Shown: one piece after another, positions 62,120 to 64,000 of the stretch
Layout: each line of letters opens with the position of its first letter
Position numbering within the stretch: the stretch's first letter is position 1
DNA from: Macrostomum hystrix
Taxonomy: Eukaryota > Animalia > Platyhelminthes
DNA length: 64,000 nt
Assembly (NCBI GenBank): GCA_950097015.1
Contig: CATNEN010000038.1
Location: 5,270,001 to 5,334,000, forward strand
Direction of reading: 5' to 3'
Program-made: the position numbers and the translations under genes
Notes under the pieces: generated by a model
Told to the model about the DNA's origin: nothing
The model's input: only the letters and a program-made list of their open reading frames with translations
Database searches by the model: none

Positions 62120-64000
62120 ACAAGCCATCCCACTGCCACTTCAAGCCATCCTAATACCCCAAGCCATCCCACTGCCACTTCAAGCCATCCTAATACCCCA
62201 AGCCATCCCACTGCCACTTCAAGCCATCCTAATACCCCAAGCCATCCCACTGTCACTTCAAGCCATCCTAATACCCCAAGCCATCCCACTGTCACTTCAA
62301 GCCATCCTAATACCCCAAGCCATCCCACTGTCACTTCAAGCCATACTAATACCCCAAGCCATCCCACTGTCACTTCAAGCCATCCTAATACCCCAAGCCA
62401 TCCCACTGCCACTTCAAGCCATCCTAATACCCCAAGCCATCCCACTGCCACTTCAAGCCATCCTAATACCCCAAGCCATCCCACTGCCACTTCAAGCCAT
62501 CCTAATACCCCAAGCCATCCCACTGTCACTTCAAGCCATCCTAATACCCCAAGCCATCCCACTGCCACTTCAAGCCATCCTAATACCCCAAGCCATCCCA
62601 CTGCCACTTCAAGCCATCCTAATACCCCAAGCCATCCCACTGCCACTTCAAGCCATCCTAATACGCCAAGCCATCCCACTGCCACTTCAAGCCATCCTAA
62701 TACCCCAAGCCATCCCACTGCCACTTCAAGCCATCCTAATACCCCAAGCCATCCCACTGCCACTTCAAGCCATCCTAATACCCCAAGCCATCCCACTGTC
62801 ACTTCAAGCCATCCTAATACCCCAAGCCATCCCACTGTCACTTCAAGCCATCCTAATACCCCAAGCCATCCCACTGTCACTTCAAGCCATACTAATACCC
62901 CAAGCCATCCCACTGCCACTTCAAGCCATACTAATACCCCAAGCCATCCCACTGTCACTTCAAGCCATCCTAATACCCCAAGCCATCCCACTGCCACTTC
63001 AAGCCATACTAATACCCCAAGCCATCCCACTGCCACTTCAAGCCATCCTAATACCCCAAGCCATCCCACTGCCACTTCAAGCCATCCTAATACCCCAAGC
63101 CATCCCACTGCCACTTCAAGCCATCCTAATACCCCAAGCCATCCCACTGCCACTTCAAGCCATACTAATACCCCAAGCCATCCCACTGCCACTTCAAGCC
63201 ATCCTAATACCCCAAGCCATACTAATACCCCAAGCCATACTAATACCCCAAGCCATACTAATACCCCAAGCCATACTAATACCCCAAGCCATCCTAATAC
63301 CCCAAGCCATCCCACTGCCACTTCAAGCTATCCTTATACGCCAAGCCATCCTAATACCCCAAGCCATACTAATACCCCAAGCCATACTAATACCCCAAGC
63401 CATCCTAATACCCCAAGCCATACTAATACCCCAAGCCATACTAATACCCCAAGCCATACTAATACCCCAAGCCATACTAATACCCCAAGCCATACTAATA
63501 CCCCAAGCCATACTAATACCCCAAGCCATACTAATACCCCAAGCCATACTAATACCCCAAGCCATACTAATACCCCAAGCCATACTAATACCCCAAGCCA
63601 TCCTAATACCCCAAGCCATACTAATACCCCAAGCCATCCCACTGCCACTTCAAGCCATCCTAATACCCCAAGCCATCCCACTGCCACTTCAAGCCATCCT
63701 AATACCCCAAGCCATCCCACTGCCACTTCAAGCCATCCTAATACCCCAAGCCATCCCACTGCCACTTCAAGCCATCCTAATACGCCAAGCCATCCCACTG
63801 CCACTTCAAGCTATCCTTATACGCCAAGCCATCCTAATACCCCAAGCCATCCTAATACCCCAAGCCACCCTAATACCCCAAGCCACCCTAATACCCCAAG
63901 CCATCCTAATACCCCAAGCCATCCTAATACCCCAAGCCATCCTAATACCCCAAGCCATCCTAATACCCCAAGCCATACTAATACCCCAAGCCATCCCAAT
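62120..64000. repeat. 39-bp (18+21) higher-order satellite with runs of the pure 18-mer; extends beyond the window
   Basis: CAAGCCATCCTAATACCC alternating with CAAGCCATCCCACTGCCACTT; 18-mer-only runs at ~63210-63300, ~63340-63630 and ~63825-64000. Confidence 0.96.

Overview
Eukaryotic (animal) genomic DNA, not prokaryotic. Spliceosomal GT-AG introns reconstruct two + strand genes. (1) The 3' part of a giant single-pass MAM/LDL-receptor class A protein (MALRD1/apical endosomal glycoprotein-like) has at least 6,840 aa in the window, about 35 MAM and 18 LDLa modules, a TM helix and an NPxY tail. (2) A complete but divergent clathrin heavy chain has 17 coding exons and 1,740 aa, and most of its long introns carry a different private minisatellite. 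Between the genes lies a 7.4-kb non-LTR retrotransposon on the - strand (21882-29269), bounded by a perfect 15-bp target-site duplication. Its ORF1 carries an AlkB-family Fe(II)/2-oxoglutarate dioxygenase domain upstream of the gag-like CCHC knuckles; this is the most interesting object in the window. Other elements: a 52-bp TIR remnant resembling a P-type excision footprint, a tRNA-headed SINE nested in a TIR element, a young BEL/Pao LTR retrotransposon (apparently identical LTRs, oligo-C instead of a polypurine tract) inserted into a 19-bp satellite, RTE-like fragments, and related satellite arrays running to the window end. The repeat-rich intron style suggests a Macrostomum-like flatworm, but that is only an inference. 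All coordinates and translations were read by eye; no database searches were run.
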